A stretch of DNA of 61,343 nucleotides, the filler included, from Bipalium vagum (taxonomy: Eukaryota), in NCBI GenBank assembly GCA_037834085.1. It is 3 parts of 3 records of this genome, joined end to end, with 100 filler letters (N's around TTAATTAATTAA, not from the genome) between each part and the next. Parts side by side here need not be neighbours in the genome. Positions count along the whole stretch, not along the records: positions 1 to 28,252 come from JBBMKC010060038.1; 2 more parts are not named here. One strand, written 5' to 3'. The notes below the pieces were generated by a model. It was not told the DNA's origin and searched no databases. It saw only the letters and a list, made by a program, of their open reading frames with translations. The translations under genes and the position numbers were made by a program. Of the stretch, positions 15,001-27,139 are shown piece after piece (within the stretch, counting starts at the first letter, position 1; every line of letters starts with the position of its first letter).

Positions 15001-18000
15001 AACAGCAATTTCAACGCTAATGTAGAAAAACCAATAGCGATTCAAAGAATAAATCTCAGGTGAATTCAAATATTACGAATTTACGTAAACTTATTCCTTA
15101 AAACCTAATTTTATAACCAAATTGATTTATTTTATACTTTTTTTCTGAAACGGTTACTGACCACCAAAAGATAAAATAAACCTGCTCAAAATTCATTAAA
15201 TTAATCACAGATAATAATATTTCATTGAAACAGTGTGAAATAAACTACTAAATTACAAACTACGGCTCATTTTAATACTGGTTATTATCGATTGCATTAT
15301 ATGATAAATATTTTCGTATAAAATTCATTATTACTAAAATTGTTTTATTTAAAGTATCATAATATTCATAAAATCAATAAAATAGAGTTAAATGAATTTA
15401 TTATTTATAAAATTAAGATTTCTAGTGAAACATTATTGAAAGTTTTACACAACGAAAAAACTAAAATATAAAAAAATATCATTTGATTATCTGTCACCTT
15501 AAGATAACCGAGCATTGATAAATTAATATTGATGAAAATTCATCATATTAAAAATTATTTTTGCAGGAGCGAAGTTTGTACAAAATATTTCAAATGAAGC
15601 AGGAAAATTCACAAAGAAATTTTATAAAAGTTAACAAAGAAATTTTTTAAATAAAAGGGAAATAAAAATTTAATTTTCATTTTTTATAGATTTTTCATTT
15701 ATTATTATTAAAATTTATTTTCATTATGAAGATTATTGAAAAATATTATAATACTTAGAAGCCAAAATCAGAATCAATGCAGAAATTAAAAAGGTTTTAT
15801 TTAAAGAGTTTTTTGACGATTTTAATTTTCTATTATTAAAATGAACAAGAGAATTTAAACTAAAATAAATTAATCATAAAATATTTAAAAATCAATTTCA
15901 GAAATCACTTTATATATTTATATAATTACTATTGATGGGAATTTTTTCTGAAAACTGTTGAGACTTTGGTTATATAAAATTTTATTAAGATGTGTAAAAG
16001 ACACTCACAGAAATTGTGAAAACAATATTCTCTCTGGAATTAAAATACAACTGTTTATTTGTCAGAAAAACTATTTTATTATTGACCAAAAATATTTTAA
16101 AAACAAAATAATTGTGTAATGAAATTTTTTTATAAATTAAATACTTTAACAAACGTTATTTTCCTTAATTGAACTTAATTTTCCAATCCTTTTGATGATG
16201 GCATCCCATAATATTTTACCAAAAAAAGAAAACAATGGAAATTATATTTATTATGTTTGGAACACGTCCAGTTTGAAGAGAATTGTAACAGTAGTTAAAT
16301 TATTTGATTTTTTTTCATGAATTGTATTTTTGATAAAGGTTGAATTTTGATTAATGCACAATATTGATATTCAATAAATTATGTATACACCTCGCATTTT
16401 TCGACCATACGTAAGTATTATGTTTATGAAAATTAAATTGTCACATTATTATTGATTCAAAATAAAATATATACACACGAGGACATCAAGTTTTATTCTT
16501 TCAATTTAGATTGATTTTTTAAAAAATCATAATTTTTTTATGAAATTAACGTGCTCTATCATTGTGATCTTTCACTACAAGACATATGCCATTTAATCAA
16601 AGTCTTCCAATACAGTAAACATTAGCCACATATGCATCATATGATTATGAAACAGTGTTTTTTACTTGTTTAAAGTTGTTTATTGATTATTACACGCAAA
16701 AATGATTAAACGTCTGTTGCTTATATTTAAGATTTTATTAGAAATTTTGTCTTTATTTTTTACTTGTCATTATTTACATAAAGTTATTACTTTGTTTCAA
16801 ATGCGTGGTTTAGATTCAATATAAATTTTGAATTAATATATTAATTTCAATTATAAAATTCTATTTAAGCACATTTTTAAAAAATCGATTTATATAATTT
16901 ATTCTAACTCTATTTATTATTTATTAATTAAAATCTTTTTGTAAAACTTTAATCCATGCTTAAATTAAAAATAATTTCATATTGAAAAGAAAATATTCTC
17001 CTTAATCTTGAAATTCATTTTCAATTAATGTTAACTAAAATGGATTTGATTTATTATATTTGTTTATTTTTTTATTCTGCTTAATGGTATTTTCTAATAT
17101 TACTACTGAGTGATATTCAGTGATTAAATTCAACTCAAAAACATTGTAGTCCTGTGAGAACACACTATCTAAAAATAAAGTTTATTAAAAATATCGCTTA
17201 TTTCACCTTGATCAAGACCAATTGACGTTAAAAAAATGAATATAACATTTATCGTTTACAAGTTGTAATCATTTTCAAAGAGGAATAAGCAAAAATTTCA
17301 CTTCAGGAAAATTGACATCTCAAAAATTAAAATAATTCAAATTTTAAAATAATTCAAACAAGATAAATCATTATACAATCCTTATTGGAAAAATTCAGAG
17401 GCACAGATAGATATTTTTCATTTACAAATAAATTTTGAATGTTTTCTTTAAAGATTCTTAATATATTTTAAAATGAAAAAACTGAATGAAATATACCTCA
17501 AAATATTTTAATTAATTTTTTTCCGTTTATCAACCAATTAAAATCAAGTTTCTTTAAACAATGGTAAATATAAAACTACAATTATTCATGACTGGAATTG
17601 GCAAACGTAAATAATTATATAGTATTTTTTATTATTAACATTTTTATTAATCAATTTATTATTAATATTATTTTTAATATTATACATTATTAACGTAAAT
17701 GGTGAATGATTGAAAGTAAATTGCAAGTGATTCAAATTCTCTGAATTTCTTTAATTACCTCAGTTGTAAATACGAATACTGAAGTCAATTATGGAAACCA
17801 GTAAATATTTGTACTGCTTAAGTATTACCATACGAAATAATTCACCTACGTTGACAATATTATTCTAATTTACTTATAAATAAAAAAAGACATGTTAAAA
17901 TTGCTTCATTTTTAATTCATCAAAATTTAAGTCTACTTATTATCAGATGAATTTAGAAGAATATCAAATATTTATTTTGTTTTTAAAAAAATTTTCTTTC

Positions 18001-21000
18001 ATTTTATTATTGTATTATATATTTTAGTTGTAATTATTTTATTTACCATCTAAATTATGGAAATATTACGTTTATTTGAAACTGCTCTTTCTGTACTACA
18101 CAACCTCAAATTGTTTGTCAATATTTTATGCTAAAGCATTTATAAATGCAGGTTGTCTCTAAAACAAGTATCCGATTTTAAAATATAATACATTAAGATA
18201 TATTCAACAAAAGATTGAAACTTTTTGCAGTAACATTTATTTATTAAAATTTAGCAGTTTTCTAAAGAATGACCATTAACTTTATTACACTTATCTAAGA
18301 GACTATAAAAGTCATTCATAACATGTTGACACATTTCTGGTGATATTCTACCTGCCTCTATTTAAATAATAGCTTTCAAATTTTCTAAATCTTTTTTTTC
18401 TTCTATATACCTGTGTCTTCTGATGTCCTCAATGGAGAAATCAAATGGTGTTAGGTTTCGAAGAAAAACCGGATTATTGTTGATTTCATTAATTAGGTTT
18501 TCGCACATTGCAATTCTTTCACCAGTCTTAGTCATGTAACATATGAATAAAATTGAAATTCTTTTAGTAATATATTGCATACAGTTTTAAAACTGCATCC
18601 AACTTCCTTAACAACAGTTCTTAGCAATATCTCAGATGCTTATTTATAAATCTGACTTAATTCGCTTATTTTTCATCTTTAATTAATGGTCTTCAGACTT
18701 CCAACGATCATTCCAGTCTCTTTGAATTTTAAAAATATCTCCCTCATAGTCCTCGTTGTAGGTATCTTTTTCAATTTCAAATGTTCTAAATGCCGTTTGC
18801 TAATGTTACTGATTTCATTTTAGCTATAAATAAAAAACAATTTGAATTTTTTCTTCAATGGGGAAAATTATTAAAAATTGAATTTAATGAAATAAAATTC
18901 AAAATTATCGAATTATTAAAAAATTTAAATATTTACATTAAATTTCAGAAATTCTATTTCTTGGAAAAATGTAAATTGAATATTTAATTATTATGCTTTT
19001 TACTGAGTTCAAAAATCGGATACAAGCCCTATACATTATCTCTACCATTGTAGATAAAACAAAAAATTCAAAAATATGCTTTTATTTTTTTTAATTATAG
19101 AACCAGAATCGACTTCTGTGGATATTCGTACCTTGTATGAAGGAGCCCAATAATTTAACATACTGGAAAGGATTGATTCCCAAATTCCTAAAATGACACG
19201 ATTACCATAAAGACACCTTAACAATTCAGTCTGCAATGCACGTTCAATGAAGAACACTTGATTGTTCTATTTATAAAAGGTCGATGTGAAGAATACAGAG
19301 AATTTATCAAGATAACTATGAATTTATTGACAATCTATCGCCAATGGGATATATTTCACGATGTTAATGTGTTTTTTCCACCGAAATAACTAAAGATAAT
19401 CATTTACAAGTTATTGATCAGCATCTAGTCCGATATCAAGCCTAGACCTGTGTCGTAAAGAATAATGTTCCTAAGTGAAGCAAAAGGTGGTAATCAATAA
19501 CTAAGGAGGACTTTCACCAAGAAAAATGATCTGTTTGTTTGGATTGGTGGATGTAGTACACTGAAAAGTGTTTTCAGAAACTTCAGTAAACTTCTATATA
19601 TCCCAGTTGCACCTAGTAAACAAGAAGATTTAACGGATATATAACTCACAGCAACCAACACCTATGTTCCTCATGGTTTCCCATTTTTTATCTTATCCAT
19701 TAACTCTCGAACCAAATGACGAGTATTACTTTTAACAGTAAAAAAAGTTACAGAAACAACTTCTTTATTACCATACTCACTACATTATGGCCTGATGGAA
19801 ACGATAGTATGGTGAATACCTGAAACTAAATAAAAACAGTGATTTTACTATTGATTAAATTTCTATTACTATGAATAAATGTTTTTAATCAAATTTTTAT
19901 GATAAACATTAAAAATCAAGAAAAATATATCATAATAATTAAAAATTTTCAATTCTTTCCAATTCGATATCTGTCTACGTCCATCATTTTATAAGTAGCT
20001 AAGAATGACATCGGTTTTAAGACTTCAGAAACTAAGAAATAGAAATCAATATTTCCTACTAGATTCTGTCTATTTTTTTTTAATTTACTTTTATTAAAAT
20101 AATGTTTACTCTATTCTATAGAGTGAATATTATAACAAAAAATGTTCATCAAATATAATTTAGTAAAAACAGTATAGGTGTGTACTCAAAAAACAAATAA
20201 CAAAATTCCATTATTGAGATTCAATTTGCATCGATTCTTTTCAATTATAAACTATAATTCAAGTACATAGTTAAAGAAATCTCAGAATTTTTTGCAAAAG
20301 TTTAATGATTTTGTAAATGATTCAGCTGTGGATAAACGTAAACTGAGAGTATCCTATTTCAAATCTAAATAAAATGAAAAAAGTAATCACCACATTTTCA
20401 CTAAATTTGTAATTAATTTATAAGTATTTTTTGGAAACCTTGGGACATATCATTACATACATAATCAACAAAATCTAAGCTGAAAAAATTGATAAAAGCT
20501 AATTTTTAAAGGAAAAACTCAATGACGACTTGAACTAAAAATTAAATCTTAATTTAAGTGGATTAAATTAAAAACAGTTATTTTTATTTAAATTTTTAAG
20601 TTTGTTTAATTATTGCGCATCAATAAATTTTGTTTAAAAGAAGATAAAATTTGAATTATCTGAAGATAAAGGTAATATGTAATCTCAACCACAAAAAATA
20701 ATTATGCACATTGTTCAGTGACTTAACAATTATTTCTATGATTAACAAAATTATCTATTTAAAATCTCAATGCTGATTAAAGTTAAACAATAAATAATTG
20801 TCTCAAAGTAAAGCATAAATATATATATATAAATCTTTTTAATTTACGTGTCTTTGCATTTGCTTATTTAGAATTTCATCATTATTATACATACAAAATA
20901 ATTTTAAAAATGTAAACTAAAAACTACCTTCAAATTAATATTAGAAATGATGGTTTCATTACGATTTTTAAATATCTGCTTTCGGCTCAGCTTGTTATTT

Positions 21001-21585
21001 GTTTCATTAGTATCGACTTTGTCTATATCTGTTGCAGTTTTCCGTACCAGTGATTTATATAGACCTTTTTTACCGATTTGTTTTAGATTGGATGTTGTCA
21101 GACATTTCTCGTTCTTAGAAATCAGTAAATTGAATTGAACCTTGTCGTCATTGTTAATCTTGCTTTTATAAGTTTTATTGACCAGTTTTTGGGGTCTCGA
21201 TCGAAGGTTTATACCGTGAATCATTACATGATTTAAAATTTCAATTTGTTTCACCGCATTTTCTTCAGTTACTGATTCAAAATTATTACATTTATCAGAA
21301 TTACTGTTGTTTATTTCATTGCTTGAATGCACTAATGTAATGTTATCACAAATATTATCGCCGGCTGCTAAATTACAATTTAATTGTGAATCGATATTGG
21401 AAGCCTGGACTAATTGAGGACGTAGGCGAATACGAATTTTCGGAACAAATCCTGTTTGAGAATGCTCTACTAAGCTCGATAGTTCAGTATTGGAATTATT
21501 AATTTCACTTGCAGATAGTTCTGGAAAAGTTCAGGTTAAATACCTAATAATATTTCTATATACCTGTTAATTGATTATTTTCCAT
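1..21585 (-). CDS. Asx: Additional sex combs (ASX/ASXL)-like Polycomb protein with DEUBAD/ASXH domain; multi-exon, 3' end beyond window start
   Basis: Phase-consistent GT-AG exons 21585-21564, 21520-20928, 11928-11335, 10366-9707, 2138-1658, 202-<1. Joining exons 2 and 3 gives ETIISNINLK|EIINQENFIKFPQEIQWQLVNFLPNCDK...LGFSVLNNEFLGKALTKFSLKMGQSDW, matching the ASXH pattern SILVNTNLRALIN..TF..LP...QQ.LL.LLPEVD...ALNNEFF..A...W. Basic NLS-like RKRGRKRK in exon 4. The C-terminal PHD finger is not visible; extra small exons are possible. Confidence 0.8.
2868..3837 (+). mobile_element. Degenerate, internally deleted mariner element (in ASX intron)
   Basis: Imperfect TIRs ttggttgaacagaaagttcgttcggttttttaatag / ctattaaagacgaatgaattttgtgttcatcccaa+TA. 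Transposase motifs FHHDNTRPHVA and HPAYSPDIAPSDYHIFRS; stops and frameshifts. Confidence 0.9.
9230..9440 (-). mobile_element. Tc1-like transposase C-terminal fragment
   Basis: Minus strand reads DLNPIENL, the Tc1 SPDLNPIEN motif; otherwise decayed. Confidence 0.55.
11998..14347 (+). mobile_element. Degenerate mariner (outer element), interrupted by a nested mariner
   Basis: TIR-like ends atcaatccaaaagattaattgtgggtttttaa / ttaaataccacaatcactcttatggatccttata. Motifs EDNARSH and HPPYS. The C-terminus DFYRTGI|YKLVYIGQKIVDSDGNSLVQ* is split at 13022/14211. Confidence 0.8.
13025..14210 (+). mobile_element. Nested degenerate mariner (inner element, different TIR family)
   Basis: TIRs cgatgggcagtcgaaaagtttctgaaat / atttccgaaacttctttgcgactgacctacg, followed by TA on the right. 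Transposase remnants SISRISIHSILHNHL, LIPHILIIDQKRDRI, IVSRDQS, WFDRMQKCIDCD. Confidence 0.85.
18149..19032 (-). mobile_element. Deleted Tc1/mariner-superfamily element
   Basis: Ends share inverted gtatccgatttt/aaaatcggatac. Minus-strand remnants KIPTTRTMREIFLKFKETG (HTH region) and LTPFDF (from PDLTPLDF). Confidence 0.6.
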
Positions 21586-22434
21586 CTAATATTAATAAAT
21601 ATGTTATTAATGCTTTTCTTAAACAACTTTTTGGCTATGTTTTGTGTAATTAAATTCTAATTAACTATACCTAGAAAATAGACATTAATTAATATATTGA
21701 AAATTATTTATTTATTACATCATAATATATTTAATTTGAAAATGTATATATTATACAAGGAAAAATTCATATAAAATTAAAGACTGGAAATTTTTAACTA
21801 TTTACAAAATTAAAATATTACTGAAATAATTTTTTTAATTAATCAGTCAAACAAAAAAAATTTTAATTTGAAATAAAAAAAATAATTAAAATAATAAAAT
21901 AACATTATTTAAATTGTCTAGAATGTAGGTTAATTATAAATAATTAAACGAATATTTTAATATTTTTATTTAAATATAAAATTTCATAAAAATAATATAC
22001 TTTCCATTCAAATCAAAATAAACAGCAACGGAGTAATTTATATTGATATATTTTTTAAAAAAAATTCAACAATAAAAGCTAAAATTGAATTCTTAAACAT
22101 ATAAAATACAAATTTTTTCGAAAAAAAAGAATGGAAAAATTTTTTTAATATAGAAATAAAAATGAGGTTAACACATAAAAAAGGTGTCTGATATATTAGA
22201 TTTAGAGAACGAAATACGGTCCTCTTTAAGACCAGATACCTTTAAGTTTTATTAAAAAAGCTTCTCAGATTTCAATTTTTGTAAATTCTTTTCCAGATGA
22301 ATTCATTCTTCAATATTCATTTAATTATTATTGGGTTGTCACACAGTCACTTCGCAGTTTTTAGTAAAAAGTAAGACCAAATGTTTTATTGGTAATAACA
22401 GTATTTTTAATCTCATTTCAATTTTTTGTAAATC

Positions 22435-22500
22435 AATTTCAAAAATAAATAAATTTCAAAAATAAATAAATTTCAAAAATAAATAAATTTCAAAAAATAA
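22435..22500. repeat. About four tandem copies of a 17-bp unit (aaatttcaaaaataaat)
   Basis: Directly visible; lies just downstream of the minus-strand IS630/Tc1-like ORF. Confidence 0.8.
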
Positions 22501-22535
22501 AAAAAAATGTATTACATATATTTACATATAAACAT

Positions 22536-23066
22536 TTAATCATCATAGATGGGTTCCTTATTAATACATTTTGTTAGGAATTTAAACATGTGTCTGTAAT
22601 AAGAATTACAAACATCAGCGCCTATTAAATTTATTACGTTGTCGATCAATCCAAATAAATCTTTTTCATTTTCAGGAAGAGCTTGCCTGATGCTTTGTTT
22701 CCATTTTGAGAATACGTTCTCTATAGGGTTTAGAAAAGGAGAATAAAGAGGCAAAAACCATACCCTATGACCCCCTTCTTCTACCATTTCAAGTATGCCT
22801 GTCGATTTGTGGAATGGAACATTGTCCATTATGATTATCACAGATACATGTTCTCGAATTAAATCTTTTGCTATTAATTCGGTTATAAACGTCTGAAATG
22901 TGATCGTATTATATGCAGTCGTCTGTGCATGATAATGGACAATTCCATTTTTATTCATTGCGCAACAGACGGAGATGTTACGTGACCTCAATCTCTTTCC
23001 ACATAATGATCTTCCTTTTCTTGAGCGCATGGATATATTGAAGCCTACATCATCAACGAAGAACAA
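22536..23066 (-). mobile_element. IS630/Tc1-like DD34E transposase catalytic domain (N-terminally truncated)
   Basis: ORF motifs FVDDVGFN, IIMDNVPFHKS, LPLYSPFLNPIENVFSKWK; 34 residues between the second D and the E. Confidence 0.9.
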
Positions 23067-23554
23067 TTTGGATTTATCATATAATGATAAGGTATAAGAA
23101 AAGTATGTATTTGAAATGAGATTACAAAAATTTGAAATGAGGTTATAAACCCTGTAAATATTTTAATCAATGATGAATTGTCATTTTTGTTCCAAAATCT
23201 TTGTCATTTACAGTACAATAGTTGAGATCGTAGAGGTTTTTGAAAGCTAAAGATATGCCACCATTTTTAAATACTTAGTGCTGTGACCAGCGAAAATTGA
23301 ATTCATCATAATTGATATATAGATCTTGAAGTAATTATAATTTGTATATCTCCACAAAAGTTTTTTCATTTTCAGTTTTAAAGGTTTGGCATAAAATTGA
23401 CATATTTTTATGGATTTGTTTACATCTTTCGTTCATACAAAAATTTGATGCACTGACTTTCATCGAAAAAATTGTCCTTAATTCATATATGGATGGAAAG
23501 ATCTATATTGTCTTACTTTAACATTTTTAAAAATGTTAGTTATTTCATTTAAAT

Positions 23555-24411
23555 TGTTACTGTTATACCTTAACAAGTAACTTTCGCTCGAAAATTGTTA
23601 ACTCCTTATTTTCTAATGTTGTGTTCATTTTGCTTACATAAATTTACTCTATTGAATCAAAATCCCACAATAAAACCTTATCCGCATCCTAACTCAATCA
23701 AAACATACACGGTAAAACTTTATTAAACACTTCAAAACAATCTTTACACTCATAATCAAAATTCACAATCATAATCGTTCAAACATCTAAACAGACAAGA
23801 TTGTTCAAATGTCTGAAAAATCAAAATTACGATTGTTCAACTGACTGAAAATCAAAAATCAAACACAAATAAATAATTCTAATCACCAGTTCAAAATCAA
23901 ATGATTAAAATGAAATTTAGATTAATAAAAAAATAAAAATTGAAATTATCCTCACCAAGAGCGACAGGGGGTTCATGAGTCTTTCTCTAGGTTCTTTTTA
24001 AGTCATCTAGGGATTTCTAAACTCCCTGGGTCCTCTTGATAAATCCTTTTGCATCGTCTATGGCATAATAAAGAAATATTCTCAATGGAATGACCTGGAA
24101 TGTTTGCAGTCAGATATTAACAAGTTCTGCGAGGATAAATCTTCTTTGATAGCCACAAATTTCTGTCAAAGCAAATCTTCTTTTTAAGCAACAAATCCTT
24201 TCATAAACAAATCCTTTTATTTGCCTAGGCGATTTCTGGGAATATTCGTCTCTTTATATAATCGTAGAAATATGCCTACGATCATAAATCCCTACACTTT
24301 GAGACGGCTATGTCCTTCAATAGTCCATTAATTCTAAATTTATCTTTACGCCGAGATAAAGTTAGATTAATATTCCTAAAAAATAATTCATGTTCCCGAC
24401 AAATGGACACA
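23555..24411 (-). mobile_element. LTR-like dispersed repeat B, copy 1 (probable solo LTR)
   Basis: Minus strand runs TG...gtaaCA. Homologous blocks with 48886-49712 include tataaagagacg, gacccaggga and gataaggttttat.gtgggattttgattca...aaaatgaacac.acatta. Confidence 0.6.
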
Positions 24412-24522
24412 TTTTGCCATAAAATAATTTTAATATCTCAATATATTAAAACCTCGACGGCGAGATTTTGATATATTGCTTTTTAGTATTATTTTCATTT
24501 TTGATTTTAAATTTTTAATTAA

Positions 24523-24573
<51 letters not shown>

Positions 24574-24591
24574 TACATTATTATTATTATT
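24523..24591. repeat. (TTA)n microsatellite
   Basis: Directly visible. Confidence 0.95.
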
Positions 24592-25139
24592 CAACACCTT
24601 CATATTGTGCCTTTGAAAAATCCAACAAAATATTTAATTTAAACAAACGATTTTTCAGGCACCTAAACTATAATATATAAATCCTAAAAAGATACTAAAA
24701 AGTTAAAAATTTTTAAAATGAATAAATGAAAATAATAGAAAAATATTTTGAAGTAAATAATAAATTTAAATTTCAGATATTAATACAATGTAATTATGAA
24801 AGAGATATTTCTGGATAAAAACAAGAAATAATATTTTCATATTATTCTAAACCAGAAAAAATAAATATGAAAGAAAAAAGAAATACACTTATTAAATTTA
24901 GATCAATTAAATAAGTATATAAAAGAAAAAGAATGGAATTTTTATAATATAAAATCAATTAGACTAAATATATTTAAATATTAAAGTTTAGTTGGTTCTA
25001 CATATTTTACATTACCATTTAATTCATCATGATATATTGTTGACTTAAAAATAAAGATTTAAAATGTCTGTATGTCCTTGCTTTTGATTCAGAAATGGGA
25101 GGTTTACCAAAATATCGAAAAATCTTAATTATATCAGGA

Positions 25140-26494
25140 TTATTTAATTTGTAATTTATTGTAATTTGTCAATATCGAATTTGAAATGTTTTTCGGATAA
25201 TACTAATGCTAGTTCTCTAATAATGTCATTATGTCTTTTGATTCGGCCCTCTTTGCTGCAGTGGCAAAGTACATGTGCTTGGGTTTCTGTGAATTTGCAG
25301 CCCCTCCTACATAATACATTTCCTCCTTCTAGAGCCTTATAAGGCGAATAATTCAGCTGTATTATATTATTTTGGCATTTCACGGCAAATATCCAGTCGT
25401 GGGATGACAGATTTCCATTTGTTATGATTTTATTGGATAACGGATCCATTGCAATCATTTCTCCTATTTGGCCTTGTGATTTGAGGTTGGTCCAAAGCTT
25501 GTAGTAGGCAATGCCGATTAATTCGTGTAAATAGCCGCAAATTTTAATCTTCGACAAGTAATCAAAGTAGGCAACATTTGGATTTGTGATCTCAGACTGT
25601 TTTTCAACTTCTATTCCATTTTGGCTCACGCTGGATTTGACTTGAATTTTGAATTTGCGCTTTAAATCTGTAATACTTTTTCTAATCTTCGTCCACCAGG
25701 TGGCCACGTGTTTCTCTCCATTTAGCCAGTCAAGTGCAATATGGATGTCCGTATGGTTATTGTTATTACGCATTTGAGCTGTACTGATAATTTTGGAACA
25801 GATTAGATGGCAAAGTTGGGTATCTGAGGATGTGAGCATGCAAAAGGTATGCATAACATTCTGCACCATGTAATCATCTACTGCTGCGACGATTCCTAGG
25901 CCTCCAAGCTTAGCATGAGCATTAAAAAAAAGAATTATTGAGAAGGTTGCTCGGTATGTTCAGCATAATTTTTAGCAAGTGTCGGACCTTCTTATCGTAG
26001 CCAATATTATCCTCTATTCCTACCCCTTGTATTCCATTAGGTGAGGAGAGGGTTTGTATGTTGAAAATTTTGAGCGATTGAATTTTCTGAGCTGGAGTCA
26101 GAACGCTTTTGCATATTTTGTGAAGGTTCCTAACGTTTTCTTTGAGAATCTCATTAATATTTTGACGCATGTTTTTTCCAAAGGGCATCCCGAGATATTT
26201 GTATGTATCTGCTTTTGTAATTGATGGAATAGTCACAGCTTCAATCATCAACTGGTTCTGTGGGCTAAGATTGTGGTCGTAGTAACCAAATTTATTTGGC
26301 CGAAATTGCAGTCCAGCCCATTCTGTAAGCTTCTCAACTTTCAACAAGGTTTCCTGAATGTTTTCAAAAGTTTTTCCTAATAATACGATGTCATCAGCAT
26401 ATGCTAGTGATGATATATTCATTCCGTGTAAGTCATATCCCTCACCAATTTGTTCAATTTCTCGAAAGATAAAGTAGACTGCCAGACACACCAA
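25140..26494 (-). mobile_element. Non-LTR retrotransposon fragment, RLE-endonuclease group (R2/NeSL/Utopia-like): RT C-half, thumb and CCHC knuckle
   Basis: ISSLAYADDIVLL, YKYLGMPF, LTPAQK; frameshift near 25920; then AKLGGLGI, LCRRGCKFTETQAHVLCHC and RHNDIIRELA. Truncated at both ends. Confidence 0.9.
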
Positions 26495-26559
26495 ATTTTA
26501 ACTATGAATTAGCTTTAATATATTTTTCAACTTTTAATTCTATTTTTAATATTACTAAA

Positions 26560-27131
26560 AAATTAATAGAATAGATGTAACTGTTACAGATTCAAAATGA
26601 AAAAAGGAGTCTCGATAGATAAAGATAAATCCAGGAACATGTGAAATTTCTGATATATCTGAATATATTGAGAATGGATTTAAAGTATAAAATAATTAGA
26701 ACCCTTAAAACCAGAAGAGTATTGTGTAAATATTAATGATAATCCAATGTCTTCAAACTGTGTAATAAAAGTATCTAAAGTTTGTATTCTTTCTTTTCCA
26801 GAAAATTCAATAGGTGAGATGTTAGAATTTGAAAAAAAATCTTATAAAGAAGGTTATTATGAATGAAAACTAGTTAAAATTTCATAGATAAATAAAATCA
26901 TGATTGATTATAATATTATTGAAGGAGAATTTTATAATGGTAGAAAAAATATTTTTGACATTCCTTCGAAAATTGTTCCAAGAAGTTAAAGAATCATTGA
27001 TCCTCAATTTATTGTCCTTTAATTACAAAAATATTAATGAAATAAAATTTAAGATATTTGATATTAACAAAGAATTAGTAAATTTTAATGGAGAAGAAAC
27101 AAGTTTCACTATGTATTTGAAATAAGTTTGA
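26560..27131 (+). pseudogene. Polinton/adintovirus-like minor capsid (penton) remnant
   Basis: The C-terminal NINEIKFKIFDINKELVNFNGEETSFTMYLK resembles the I..I.I.I.D.....V.FNGE.....L.LK ending of Polinton penton proteins. It is convergent with pPolB and has frameshifts. Confidence 0.55.
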
Positions 27132-27139
27132 TTTAAAAA

